Assembly (NCBI GenBank): GCA_012295275.1
Contig: CM022676.1
Span: forward strand, 8,804,001 to 8,868,000
Origin: Chrysomallon squamiferum
Taxonomy: Eukaryota > Animalia > Mollusca
Direction: 5' to 3'
DNA length: 64,000 nt
The position numbers and the translations under genes were made by a program. Positions 1-14,869 of this stretch are shown here, one piece after another. The notes beneath the pieces were generated by a model, which saw nothing but the letters and a program-made list of their open reading frames with translations, made no database searches and was not told the DNA's origin. Positions within the stretch are counted from its first letter, which is position 1. Each line of letters starts with the position of its first letter.

Positions 1-40
1 ATTATCAATAATGATGATTATGATGCTGATGATGCTGGTG

Positions 41-96
<56 letters not shown>

Positions 97-567
97 AATA
101 AATAAATAAATAAAATATTTTAACTATTTTTATTTAATGGTAACTACTTCCCGGAAAAAAAAAAAAAAAAGAAAGAAAGAAAAAAAAAAAAAAAAGAAAC
201 CTTCCTGTTTTCCTGTTTTATTTTGCACTTCATGTTTTCGCGTTTTAAAATCGGAGTCGAAATGTCTGTTAAACTTAATCTCTTGTCTATCAACCTCACT
301 CGGTTAAATTCGATTTTGTATCTTTTTACACTGGATTAATGAGCTGACTTAAATCCTGGCTGATAACTATGCAGGTTCTCGCTTTCGAAATTAGAAACGA
401 AATCTGTTTTTAATTTTTTAATTTTTATTTAAAAATAAAAATAAAAATAAAAAAATAAAAAATAAAGAAGAAGAAAAAATAAAGAAGAAGAAAAAAAATG
501 AAAAAGAAGAACAAAATAAAAGAAGGAAAAAAGAGCAATTTGAAATACTTAGATGATGATGATAATG

Positions 568-603
<36 letters not shown>

Positions 604-752
604 TATCATTATCATTATCATCATCATTACTAATACGACTACTACTGCTATAACAATACTACTACTACTATTATTGTTGTTATAATTATGATCGTTATTG
701 TTACCATTAATCACGAAAAGGATATAACATAACCATCGAATACTTAAAAGTA

Positions 753-1098
753 CAGGTACCGGACCAATCATCCGGCATCCTGAAATCCGGAAAGACCAGA
801 AAACCCGAAAAAAATTTCTGGACGCTATTTTCATAGTTCGCACGCGCGGGTGTTGTCCTCGCCAGACCGGAACTACTCTTTCAAGCCGCGTGGCGTTCAT
901 TCACTCGCCTCACTGTATACGTTTCGAATCGCCACAGTTGTGTATCGTCGATTTTCTTTATGTTTTCTAATTTTAAAATGTTTATGCCTAATTATTTACG
1001 TATTCAGATGCCTTGGTACCAGAAAACCGGTAAACAAAATCCAGAAATCCGGAATGCCTCAGGCCCGAATGAAGTCCGAATAACTGGTCCGGTGCGTG
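753..1098. mobile_element. ~346-bp MITE-like element, Tc1/mariner-pogo type
   Basis: Imperfect terminal inverted repeats (CAGGTACCGGACCAATCATCCGG vs reverse complement of right end CACGCACCGGACCAGTTATTCGG), TA on both sides, internal repeated CCAGAAAACC/AAATCCGG motifs, no ORF. Confidence 0.6.
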
Positions 1099-1420
1099 TA
1101 TTACATAAACTTTATCACAAAACAATAAACAGAGAGGAAAGAACGTGAAGACGTAAATGAACAAGACAGTCGCAAACCAACAAAAAAATATTTTCAGTGA
1201 TCTCAGTTTCCTTAAGTGATGTGATCTCGTAAATTACCACAAACTCGAAACCCCTTCTTTTTTTTTTTTTTTGGATCAGAGTCACTTTTGAACGTATTAA
1301 TTAGCATAAACTGAATTTTAATGTCGTCTCTCTGTCCTCGAAAACTGCTCTTTACGACCTGGCAAAGAGGTGCGTAAACAGTCAAGACGGGAATCCTGTT
1401 CCGATTAATTGACGGATTTG

Positions 1421-1454
<34 letters not shown>

Positions 1455-1822
1455 AATCCGATATTTCGAGACAAGCAGAAGAGTTCTCCAGGATGCCATT
1501 TCCCATCTCAAACATATCTCTATTATCGACAATTTTTTTTCATTTTTTTTTTTTTTTTTTTCCATATTCTTGTAACGGTGATACGGTCTCCCGGAAATGG
1601 GCCATGTTACAAAGCTTGTATACTCAGTAAAAAAAAAAAGACTACAATAAAAAAAATAAAAAAAAAACCATTTAAAAAATTTAAAAAAACAATAAAATAA
1701 AAAAAATAAAAAATTCCATAACACAAGCAGACAGAAGCGTGCACCGTTTTGTAAAAGTATTAAAGACAGACCCCAAATTTTAACAAAGGTAAGAATGTGC
1801 ATTATGGTATTAGTTAAAAATA

Positions 1823-1861
<39 letters not shown>

Positions 1862-2481
1862 ATATTTATATCTTAACATACACTATAAATAATAATCAAC
1901 AACAACAATCAACAATAAAAATCAACAACATATATTTAAAACTTAACTAACACCATCTAACCAATAGTACTTCCATCATAAATGTCTATGTCCTGTGTGT
2001 GTGTGTGTGTGTGTTTGTATATATATGTGTGTGTGTGTGTGTGTGTTTCTGTGTGTAAAATCTCACTACACATATTTATTCTCCTATCCTGTCCCTTTCG
2101 TTCTGTGGTCTACGCTAATGAAAATGTTCCCAGCATCAACAACAAAAAAAACGTGACTGTTGATATCATCCCCATCAATTTCTTCATCTTCCTCGTTGTC
2201 CTTCCTTCTTTTGTCAAACTCTGACTAAAAGCTACTCTTTCCTCGAGGCGTCCTGCCGAGAAACATAAACTGGGTTCATCTGTCGAGTTATTAGAAAACA
2301 GCCTGTTAACTCATAAACTGCGGTTAGAGTCCCTTTCTTGTTTTATTAGAGTTTTTATTGGTGAATCAAATTGCTTTCAAAGCGGTGACAAGGCCTGTGA
2401 AGGCTTGATCGGCAGGAACACGAAACTAATAAGATTTAAAATATCTATCGATTTATACCCGAGAAGTTATGAGGTGGATTT

Positions 2482-2514
<33 letters not shown>

Positions 2515-2654
2515 CAAAACAGAACTGATTCGATAGAGGTTTCTTGAGAAAATTAAAATAAACGAATGAATGAAATGAATGAAAGAATGAATGAATGAAT
2601 GAATGAATGAATGAATAGTTTATACTTATTTATGTATAATCGGATTCTCTATAT

Positions 2655-2952
2655 TCTGTGAGTAGTAGTAGTAGCAGTGACAATAACAACAACAACAATA
2701 ATGACGATAATGATGATAATAATACTAATAATGATAAACATAACAATAATAATAATAATAATAATGATAAACATAACAATAATAATAATAATAATAATGA
2801 TACTAATATGGATAATAATGATAATGATAATAATAATAATAATGATAATAATAATAATGATGATGATGATGATGATGATAATAATAACAACAACAAACAA
2901 CACAGCAACACAATCTTTCTATAAGTTTGTGACTGCATTAAATATATACAAG

Positions 2953-3040
<88 letters not shown>
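2655..3040. repeat. Compound microsatellite (AAT/GAT)n followed by (TC)n
   Basis: Direct reading; source of the poly-I/N/L and (ER)n ORFs in the track. Confidence 0.95.
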
Positions 3041-3042
<2 letters not shown>

Positions 3043-3377
3043 CCCGAGTGCTAATGAACTCCACCTCCACCCATCCACCCCCATTTCACGCAAGCAGTGA
3101 CGTAATAAATCACGCGCCACCGAGGCCGGCTTTAATTCGTACGTTAGTGCCTCGACTTCCGGTGCACTGGATTCCTCTGTTATTGCGCCTTCAGCGCTAA
3201 TGCACACTGGAACCGGTCCATCAGTATTAATTGATGCGATGTCTCAGTGTTTGTTGAACGCAAATTCGGCCGCCGAACGAAAGCAGTTCTACTGCCACGG
3301 GCTAAAATAAAAAAGATTGAAACAACGGGTTCAAGGAAAGATATGAAAGGAAAGAAACAAAAAATTATTAAAAAAAA

Positions 3378-3409
<32 letters not shown>

Positions 3410-5275
3410 TTATTAAAATGAAAAAATGAAGAAAATGAAGAAAGGGAAAAAAAAAAAAAAAAAAAAAAAAAACTGAGAGTAAATACGGAGACGAACGATA
3501 AGAATCTTCAGAGAAAAAAAACGAGAGCCACGCTTTTCGGTGCACTGAAACCTCGGGGACATCAGATAACGCCCAAAGTGGCTTCGTTATCGGGTTATGG
3601 CCCTTGTGATCGCTCGATGAGGACGCCACCTACCGGCTGTGATCCTCGGTGGATGCGCATTACATCACATTCTGTCACGAAGAATTCCGCGCGTTATGAC
3701 TCACGCTGAAAACAGCGCGAGCAATACGTCAACAGTGGCACACGCGTTTTTACGACTTTATTAAAGCGAGCTTCCCGCACGAGAGGTCGCGGGTTCGAGA
3801 CGCCGCTGGGGTAATTTCATTTAATTCGCTGCGGGTCGAACTTTTAAAACTGATTTATTAACTAACAGCATTCTCGTTACTTGATCAAATTGATCCGTGA
3901 TGGGAAAGAGACGGAGTTATTTCCCTTTTCAAACATACACTAAAAACTGTTGACATTTTTGACAGTATGGCCCAGATATTTAGTCTTGTAAATGGATATT
4001 TTTGGTTTCATGATTATTATTATTATTATTGTTAGAGATTGTTAGAGAGAGATTATTATTAGAGAGAGAGAGAGAGTAGTAGTAGTAGTAGAGAGAGTAG
4101 TAGTTCTAATTATCGAGAGAGAGAGAGAGAGAGACACGCAGAATTTAGGCAAAGAAGAGAAAGGAATAAACAATAATAATTATAATAATAAATATTTACA
4201 AGAAGGCCAGAAGGCAAGATTATAAATTTGCATCCATAACAATTTATTTTTCATAACAAACGATTATTTTCAACTTAATGTCCCTTTGTTTTGTGATGTT
4301 TTCAATCATTTTTCCTTTCTTTTCTCTCCCTGTCTATTTTTTTTTTTTTTTTTTTTTTTTTTCATTTTTATTATTATTATTATTCTTCTTTTTTTTTCCC
4401 CCCTAATCCTCTACACAGAATTCTTGTACGTAAACAGAGTGCAGATTTAATGAGCACCTCGATGGTGGCATGCAACAAAAGAAGAACGACGTCCGCTCGA
4501 TACAAATTCATGGTTTCTAGCACAGAAAACTTCGCGAAAACTCGCGTAGCTGGAGCTGCGGTCAATAACTCCGGGATTCATTTCCGGCCTGCGCTGAAGA
4601 CCACTTAGCGGCACCGGAAGTACATTATCAACGGAAAAGCGTTTTCCAATGAAAATGTGGAATCCAGAAACATGATGAATCAATTTGCGAATTTTAAAAA
4701 AAAAAAAAAAAATTTTTTTATTATTATTATTTTTTTTATTTTATATTTTTAGTTTTTCAGAATTACCTTTTTAATTTTATTTATTTGCTTCTTCTTTTTC
4801 TTTTTTTTAAAAACAACAACAACAAAACAAACTTTATAGCAACAACACTACCACAAATATAAACAATAACGATATTAAAAATAATATACCAAAAAAACCA
4901 AACTTTTTAGTAAGTATAAATTTTAAAAACAACAACAACAACAACAACAACAAAAAATAATAATAATAATAAAATAAAATAAAAATAAGTAAATAAAAAG
5001 GATATTTATATTTTAAAGATTTTAAATTATAACGACAACATTAACAGCAATAACCTAAAGTAATAACTTTGGATATTTATGTTATAAAGGTTTTAAATAA
5101 TAACAACAACATTAATAATAATAAACCAAAGAAACAATTTTGCATCTTCATATTATAACGTTTTTAAATAAAAACAACAACGACACTAACAATAACAACG
5201 ACAACAACATTAATAGTAACGAACCAAAGAAATAATTTTGAAAGTGTGTATTATAATATTTTTAAACCACAGTAT

Positions 5276-5309
<34 letters not shown>

Positions 5310-6215
5310 TCAGCATTGAGAGTAATTAACTATAGAAATAATTCTTGAATATGTACATTATAACGCTTTCAAACGACAATACAAGAAGAAGAACAACAAA
5401 AACGAAATTTTTTATAACAAAGTGAGACAACTAAAACAATTTCTAATGAACAACATCTGCTGTGATGTTTCGTTAATGCACGGCAACGACGGCCACGTTG
5501 GCTGATTACGACACGTTAATGCAATCTTTCTCTCTCGCTTCCGGTTGCCGCGGAGTAAGATGCAATTTGCTGCGTTATTAAGGTGACAGGTTACAGGAAA
5601 AAAAAAAAGATTACAAGGAGACAAATATTGATGTTTTTCTAATTTCAGTTGAATTCAGAAATTTGAAGAATGTGTGAAATTAAAAAACATACACAATGTC
5701 TCTGCATGGTATGTGTGTGTTTTTATACATACAGTGTGTAGATAACTTTCATACATACACACACTTATACATACACATCTCCACACACACATAACCAACC
5801 TCAAATTTCTGTATACATACGTAAGTGTTCAGTGAAGAAGAAGAAAAAGAAGAAGAAGAAGAAGAAGAAGAAGAAGAAGAAGAAGAAGAAGAAGAAGACG
5901 AGGAAGAAAGAAAGTAGAAAACAAAAATAAACAAAACAAGGAAAACAAAACGATACCGAAGAAACACGCGATGGTTAAATGATCGAACTGATAATTTCTA
6001 TTAACGGTAACAAACAAACAAATGGCTGAAATATATTTTACTTACTTCTACTTCATGGCTTCGTTTGTTCTGCTAGGAAATATAACTGATTACGCATACA
6101 CTGAACAAATATCGTCAGAGAGACACAGAGAGCATAAGAGACAGAAATAGAGAGAGAGTGAATAATTTTATTATGTTCGTGTTTTGATGTGTGTGTGTGT
6201 ATGTGTGTTTATATA

Positions 6216-6289
<74 letters not shown>

Positions 6290-7285
6290 CGAAAATGATG
6301 AATTTACGATGAAGAGACCACATTTACAACAGTTACAATATTTCTTTATTTCTCTACCTCTAGGAATATGTTTTTATTATTTTTTGTTTTATTAACCTTT
6401 TTATATAATTTTTATTATTATTATTATTTTTTTTTTTTTTTTTTTTCTAGCAACAGTCATCTCAATAAAAAACCAACCGCATTAGCAAGAAAACGGAAAT
6501 GAACTCACCAGTAGCTGTTAGCGCATGTCACATCACATTCGGAACAAAACAGAGCCGAACATGCCTTCGGCAGTTTTCGTCAGATGCTTTCTAAACACTG
6601 AAGTTGAAAATCTCGAAACCACGACCTCACATTAAGGCCTTGTTTACATTCTATCAGCAATATCGTTGACTTCATTAATCGATTTATTCATTTGTTCATC
6701 GATTAACTCATTATTTTTTTGATTTCAATACGCTGGGTTTAATAAAACGTAAACGATCGATTTTCTAACATTATGCAATGGAAAAGATATTAACTAATTA
6801 CATAGTGTAAACAAACAACTGAGGCATCTTTTGTCAAGACTGGTTATAAAGTATAGTGTGCAAATATATGTAACCTTGATGAACATAATAATAGACAAAG
6901 TATATTAATTCTTGGATCTACATGTATGTATGTATGTATGTATGTATATATGTATGCATCTATGTATGAATGACGTGTGCACACACACGCACACGCACAC
7001 ATATATGGAGCGAGAGAGACAGGTTAAAGGAACATTTGGTACAATATAAATATTGTATCGTTCATTGAAAAGAAACTAATAAATAAATAAATAGGTCAGT
7101 AAGTAAGTAAATGCCGAAGAAGAGAGAAAAAAACCCCAGATAATTTTTCTCTAAGGAAGACATTGCTGATTTTCGGAAATAACCAAATAATGTATCATCA
7201 TCATCACCAACATCATTAATATTAATACTTAACTGAACTACTATCTGAAAATTTCTTAAACACACACCTACACATAGACTACAAC

Positions 7286-7331
<46 letters not shown>

Positions 7332-9221
7332 GTAACGATTAAATAGGCCACGGGAATATTATATTTAAAACAAGTCTTATTTAAAGTCGTTACTTATGTA
7401 TATGACGTCATATAACCTTCGATTTAAAACGTGTAACGTATACCCTTAATGAAAATATTTATACATTCAAATTATCGATTTTGAAACGTTTGCTCTGATC
7501 AATCCAAGGAAAGTTATTCTGTTAATACTAAGAAAAGTGAATCTAATAAGAGTTATCTCTCTTGTCACGTCTCTGTTTAAAAAGATGAGAAAAGGTGTAA
7601 TTACCAACAATAAGGGATTTATTAATCTCCAGTATAAAATCACTGTTTAAAGAGAGGGTTCATTTTGATGGGAAAATTAGTTATATTTGTTTAAAAAAAA
7701 GATATATATTTTTTTTGGAATAATTTTTATAACGTTTCAAAATTTATAAATCACGAAAATGTTTATATCTCAATTTTCCAGAAAATATCTAGATTATTCC
7801 ATTGGAAGGCAACGGTATAAACCATCTTCTCAAATTTAAAAAAAAAATTATTTCATCGTTAAAAAAAATGACCAGTTTTGAATAATTTTATAGTTTCTAT
7901 AAAATGTTTAAGAATATTGTGAATATTATTTGTTTACACTATGAACAGGTGTGAATTTTTTTTTTTTTTTTTTAATAATCAATAAAAGTTAATAAATAAA
8001 TTACTACTACTACTACTATAAAAATCTTTCTTTTATACATTTTATTTGTCCATTCAGAAATTGAAATTCTTCTTATTAATATTAACAAAGTGAAAATATC
8101 ATCAAAATAAATAAATTAATAAATAAATAAATAAATACATTTAAAAAATAATAATAATACTCACGGCTGTAAACAATGCTAAATTGACTGAAAATATTAC
8201 AACAATCACTACTACTGCTGCCAAATTATTTTTGGCATTTGCTAATATTCATAAAACTAGCGCCAAATTTTCCAACTGTCAAAACCAAACGTGAAAACAA
8301 TTCGAGAACATTCGAATAAACCATTGTTGAAATGATGTCACAGAATATGCGACCTTTGATGACCTTTGAGTCGGAGGGCAGATTCTATATTTAGGATAAC
8401 GACCTAGTTAAGAAACTTCCTAACTATCTCCCTTGCTCTGACAGAAACATATCTAAATACATTTGTAAAATTGGGGCAAAAAAAAAACAAACAAAAAAAC
8501 AAACAAACAAAACAAAATCAATAAATAGTAATATTACAAAATACTAAACAGACTTGCCTTTATTGCTGGCCTTTTCTCTTCTCTCTTCCAAGAAATGATC
8601 ATATTAATCGGGAAAATGTTTTAATTTCAACGTTTTATTTTAATTTCATTACTGCAACTGAAGTTCTGTATTAAGAAATTAAGAAAAAAAACATCAAATG
8701 CACGAATTTGAATTGTCATTATTTTTAGCTAGGTCGACTGGTAAAGTCAATTTGGAATTAACAGAACATGTTATATTTACCTTTTTATTAATGTATTACT
8801 TTCAGATCTTCACACGAATTTTTAATGTCTGTATAACAGTAGAGAAGTTGTATAATAATTACTTGTTCCTTTCTGCTTCTTCATCTTTTTTTTTTTTTTT
8901 TTTTTTTTTTTATATATATTCAGAAATAAAACCTGACGACAGTCTAGTCAGTTTATTTTTACATTTAATCCAAGGTCGCAGACAGGTCAAATGTCTGGCA
9001 GACGTAACTAAGTGCATACGAAATATATGTAACTTAGTGTCATATTATTATTATTATTATTATTATTATTCATGTTGTTGTTGTTGTTTTGTTTGTTTTC
9101 ACATCAGTTTTTGAGTTTTTTTTTTTTAAATATTTTTTTTGTTGTTGTGTTTTTTTCCGTGATAATATAACTGGACAGAAATACTAACATGCTACATCCA
9201 TGCATATATACATACACATAC

Positions 9222-9258
<37 letters not shown>

Positions 9259-9924
9259 CATACATAAATGAACATACATACATCCGTAAACACACAGACA
9301 AACGTACACACATACATACACAGACGTACATATTTAAAGAAAATGAAAGTGCAACAGGCAGGTTTATGTTTAGGTGTCTTGATGGCCAAATGGAATTATC
9401 GTCCGTATACAGATTGCGGGCATATGGGTGTCATACGTTCGAGTCTCGTCAGCAGCATCTGACGGGTTTGTGAGGTCGTGATTTGACTTTGTCGATCTGC
9501 GCATGTGCGTTCCCAAATTTTGTCTATGTGCAGAGTCTAATCAGACGTACGTCAAACAACAGAATATTCAGTTCTAAATACAAACATACATACATACATA
9601 CATACGCACACATACACACATAAAAAAAAATTACAAAAAGAAAATGGCGAGAAAAAGAAAGAAATCATGAATTAAAAAAAAAAGAAAAAAAAAAAGTTAA
9701 ATCTTTAAAAGCAATTTATTTCGCCGTAAAGAGAAAAATACAACAGTAGTTATCAAAAAAAAAAAAAAAAAAAAATACCAAATAATTAATCTATTTTTGT
9801 CAGAAACATTTAATTACACAATCAACACAAACTAGATTTTTTACATGTCAAGAAATTTGCAAATCAATGCATTATAAATATTATTTTGATTATGCTCAGA
9901 CACCGAATTTTAAGAATAAGATGG

Positions 9925-10010
<86 letters not shown>

Positions 10011-10672
10011 TTTATGATGAGCTATAAGATATAAAACTTTGAAATTTTGACAAAGTACACAAATCTTACACAAACAGATTACTACTTTTAAATCTAGTTT
10101 TGGACAGAAACAGATTATATTAATTATTATTATTATCATTTTCTCCAAGTTCACTGTAAAATAAAGCTATCAGTCTACCATGCAAGCAATGACATCATGA
10201 CTCCAGCTATAAAATGGCGGAGCTCAAATGATTTGTAATAATATTATATTGTTAGACGGAAGCGATTGAAGATTGTCCAAAACAGTGAAATAATACATTA
10301 AAACTTTATCCACATCCTCATAAGGCACATTTTTATAAAATTCATATTACTTGTCGTAATTTTCTTCTAATTACCTTTTTTTTTTCAGAAACTTATTAAT
10401 TAAACAGAAAACGATAACAAACAAGTAATATTTAACCATGTTGGAATCGAAATTCCTGAGTAACATTTTCACATATAATAATAATAATAATAATAAAAAA
10501 ATTAATATAAAAAATAAAATAAGTAAAAATGCAGTTAACATGAAAATACACGAACTTCAATAAGGAAAGAATTTCAGAATTTCAAAGCCTGCAATAGCAA
10601 TAACAGAAACATTTAATTCAGCTGAAGATAAATATGATACACAGACTGTCATGAAGATATCTTGATTCTTAT

Positions 10673-11561
10673 CTAGTTGTCGAACGGGTTGATGAAGAAG
10701 GTAGTAAGTCTAAAAAAAAAAAAAACAAAATAACCCGATTAAAAAAATATATAATAATAATAATAATAAAAAAAAAAAAAAAAAAAAGGTTAACTATTTT
10801 AAAATCATTATCTAAATTTTTCTTTCTTTTATTTTATTTTATTTAATTATTTCTTACTTTTTTTAAAGTTCGTATTTTCAAAACCATTAAATTATTATTA
10901 CTATAATTTTTACTATTATTATTATTATTACTGGGTGTATTGTTGTTGTTGTTGATGCTGTTGTTGTTGCTGTTGCTGTTGTTGTTCTTCTTCTTCTTCT
11001 TTAAATGGAGATCCCTTCCGTAAAGGAACGAGATTCCTCGAGATTTGGCATCTGTTAATTTTTAATTAGATACGATAATATCCGAAATGTCCCGAAGGAT
11101 CTACAACGGTTTGACAAGCGCCCCACCCCCCACCCTACCCGCATTGCGCTTCGCTATTTGAATAAGAAATATTATTACTATTATTATTGTAATTATTATT
11201 ATAAAATCGATTATAAACCAATAAAAATCATGTTCGACTTACATGATAATTAGCAGAGACATAGGAAAGGCCAATGCCTGACCGGAACTTCGTCTCGGTG
11301 ATTCAGTGTAATTCAGATTTACTATGGGAGTGACTGAAGAAAAGAACCAGTGAACGAATTAAAGAATGAAAGAAAAAAGAATAAAACAATGAAAAATATT
11401 TATAACAAAGAAAAAACAAACAAACAAAAAAAAACATAGTCAGAACCTGACCGGACCTTTATCGAGGGGTTTCTGTTTATGAAACAATGGAAGAAAGGAA
11501 ACAATAAATGAATTAAAGAACGAAAGAAAACAGGAATATAATGATGATGATGATGATGATG

Positions 11562-11626
<65 letters not shown>

Positions 11627-11858
11627 AAGAAGAAGAATTAGTAATAATAATAATAATAATAACAATAGCTTCAAAAACAACAACAATAATACTACTAATA
11701 ATAAATGAATGAAGACGTTAAGGAGATTCAGTCACGTTACGTTACACACCAGTAAAGTATTTCGTGTTTCCAATCATAGATGGTTCAGTGAAGCTACGAA
11801 CATTTTTCATGAATACAGACAGACAAAGGATTAGACAGCGAGGCAGACATACATACAT

Positions 11859-11890
<32 letters not shown>

Positions 11891-12090
11891 TACAGCCGTT
11901 TCACTGAACTTAAAAGAAAAATAATAATAAAAAATTAAACATTACTACGAATTGACGTACTGATATAGTCATTTCTACGATCTTACAAAAATCTACCATG
12001 ACAAATTGACCAATAAACAAACAAAGTACTTCAGATAAGGAAAACATTTTCTTTCAGACATATAAACATGTTTCTTATTATGACGTGGTT

Positions 12091-12131
<41 letters not shown>

Positions 12132-12551
12132 TTAAACTGACAAACAAAAACCGATAAGCAACACACAGAGATATCGTGCATACAGTAGCATGTTAACTTT
12201 TTAAAAAGAAAATATCACATACTAATTGACCATATCCTTAACTTCAAATACAGTTAAATCGTGCCCATTACACACCCATTTCTTAATAATATTCTTTAAA
12301 TGAATCATTTTCCAATTTATATAACCACTAATATCAATATTTCTTACAACTAAATTTGGCTGAGCTCAAAAGTTTTTGTAAGAATTTTATTTCACTGAGT
12401 ATATACTTGTTTCTTAACCTTGTCGTAAAACAATGGAATTACAGAACATTTAGTTAGATCGTCTGATCGAATCCCAACACTTACGCTCAAAAACTAGACG
12501 GCTACAGTTTTGTAACAAAATACGCTGTTATTCACACAGCCAAGCTCTTCC

Positions 12552-12592
<41 letters not shown>

Positions 12593-12702
12593 GTTTTTAT
12601 GTGCGTGTGCGTCTGCATGTTTTAATTACGACTCTCTGATAATGTATTCACAATATTATTGACTTAAATATAACTCATTTTAGCTCGCTGTTAAATTATG
12701 CC

Positions 12703-12749
<47 letters not shown>

Positions 12750-13268
12750 GTAACAACAACAGCAGCAGCAGCAACAAAACAACAACAACAATAATAATAT
12801 TAATGAAAAATAAAATAAAATAAAATAAAATAAAATAAATAAATAAAACAACGACCATACCTTCAGGCTTGAGTAACATAGTCAGATTATTGCTATGGAT
12901 CTTTTTCCTGAATTCTTGACAATGCCAAGTCTTGTTAATGTGCACGTCCGAAATTGTCGTAATGTGTAAAATGTACTTCTTAACCTTCGACCCGTTCACC
13001 AACGTTCCTGCCCCACACGACACAATCTGGTCGTGCAGAGTTATGTCTTCCTCGCACCTGCCAAACCCCTGATACACCACACCCGCGAGGGCTGTGTCCC
13101 GATAGAAGTATATAGTACTGTCGAACAGTTCAGCATCCTCTACCATACATGTTAGTGTGTACGGGCGATTCAGTACTATGTAATCGTCCGAACCGTTCAG
13201 AACCAGGGTATAACCTGCAAACATTATAATTGTAGCATCACTTCAGGTGCATCCCCCCTATCACTATG

Positions 13269-13319
<51 letters not shown>

Positions 13320-13893
13320 GCCTCTACTGCTGTTCCTGTTACTGCAACAACTACTACTGTTGTTGGCATTGCAGCTACCGGTGCTACTGCTATCACTGCT
13401 TTTGCAGAAACCACTACTGTTATTACTGTAGCTGCCACCCTGCAACTTTAGCTACTACTACTGTTACTGCTGCTACTATTACTACTACTACAACTGTTGC
13501 TGCTGTTACTACTATTCCTGCTACTGCTACTATTACTACTATTGGTACTATTACTTACATCACTCCTATTATTATTACTGCTCCTGCTAGTGCTGCTACT
13601 GCTACCACTACTACTTCTACAACAACAGCAACTACTACTACTACTACTACTAACCACTGCTGCTGCTACTACTACAACAACTACTACTACGACTACTACT
13701 ACTACAACAACAACTATTACCACTGCTGCTGCTGCTGCTACAACAATAACAACTACTACTACTACAACTACTACTACTGCTACTGCTGCTGCTGCTACTA
13801 CTACTATTGGTCGTGTACAGCAAAAAACTAACCTATACAAACACCAGCAATTTGGAGAAATATCAACTCAAAAACATTGGTCTTCAGTGACAT
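10673..13893 (-). CDS. Gene A: signal peptide + single Ig-like domain + GPI-signal-like tail, 180 aa; complement(join(13833..13893,12861..13214,11243..11333,10673..10709))
   Basis: Four exons with GT/AG boundaries and compatible phases (1,1,2), total 543 nt. Leader MSLKTNVFELIFLQIAGVCIG; Ig exon GYTLVLNGSDDYIVLNRPYTLTC...CGAGT...KKYILHI...WHC...NLTMLLKPE; tail VTPIVNLNYTESPRRSSGQALAFPMSLLIIILTTFFINPFDN*. Same exon layout as genes B/B'. Confidence 0.85.
13265..13806. repeat. Degenerate (ACT/GCT)n trinucleotide tract filling the leader-Ig intron of gene A
   Basis: Direct reading; source of the poly-T/Y/L/V/S ORFs. Confidence 0.95.
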
Positions 13894-13955
13894 CTCTGCA
13901 AAAGCATAGGTCTGGTGATATCCTGTAAATATAAATATATATGTGTGTGTGCGTA

Positions 13956-13991
<36 letters not shown>

Positions 13992-14504
13992 CATACATAC
14001 ACACTCATACACACACACTTCATCATCATCTCCATAAACATCATTACGTCGTCCATGTTATTACTACTGTTGTCGTCGTTATTAATGTTGTTGTTATTAA
14101 TATTACTGTTTAAAATAATTAGAGCTATAAAGACAAAACGAATAACTAACTAAATAAATAAATAAATAAATAAAAGTAAGTAAATAAATAAAAATAACAA
14201 TAATAAAATTTATAAAATAAAAATAAATAAAACGAAATATATAAATAAAAGAAAAGAACAAAGAAATAAGTGGAAATAATAATAATAACAACAAAAATAA
14301 TAATAAAATTAATGAAAATATATATATAAAAAAAAATTATATAAATAAATAAATATATAATGAAATAAAAATAAATCAATCATAAATAAATATATATATA
14401 TATATATATTGCGCTTAAATAACAGATGACGTAAGAGATCATCCAACGTAAAAAAAAAGCAGTACGCCAGTGTGATTAATATTTTCGGTATGACAACAAA
14501 AAAA

Positions 14505-14518
14505 GGGGGTTTCCCCCC
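14505..14518. promoter_or_regulatory. Candidate NF-kappaB (Rel) site GGGGGTTTCCCCCC ~0.6 kb upstream of the gene A start codon
   Basis: Contains GGGGTTTCCC, matching consensus GGGRNWYYCC; a TGACGTAA CRE-like motif lies near 14427. Motif match only. Confidence 0.3.
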
Positions 14519-14814
14519 ATCTTGAAAATTCAGGCAGCCGTATTTCCGTTTGTTGCATGTTATCATCCCATGTCGATAACATGAGATTAAGGAAATAGGA
14601 AATTTGTGTCACTATCTTCATTTATCGCGACATATTTGCCGAGTTTTAACGTGGTTACGGTCACAGTGTTAATGAATGAGAGACATACAAGACTATACGC
14701 TCATTAAAATGTTTATATCCTTTCTCAGAAGGCAGATATTTACAGTTCAAATTTTGTTTGACGGTAGAAACCGTCTTTACATTTTAATAAAACGACCATA
14801 GAAGCGCCATATTA

Positions 14815-14858
<44 letters not shown>

Positions 14859-14869
14859 TGTTTGTTTGT

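Noticed and set aside
11750-11903. Extra exon in gene A intron 2
   Set aside because: 154 nt breaks phase and includes a (GACA)n tract.
14439-14621. MKIVTQISYFLNLMLSTW ORF as gene A leader
   Set aside because: No suitable phase-1 donor seen; 13833-13893 is homologous to the B leader and fits exactly.
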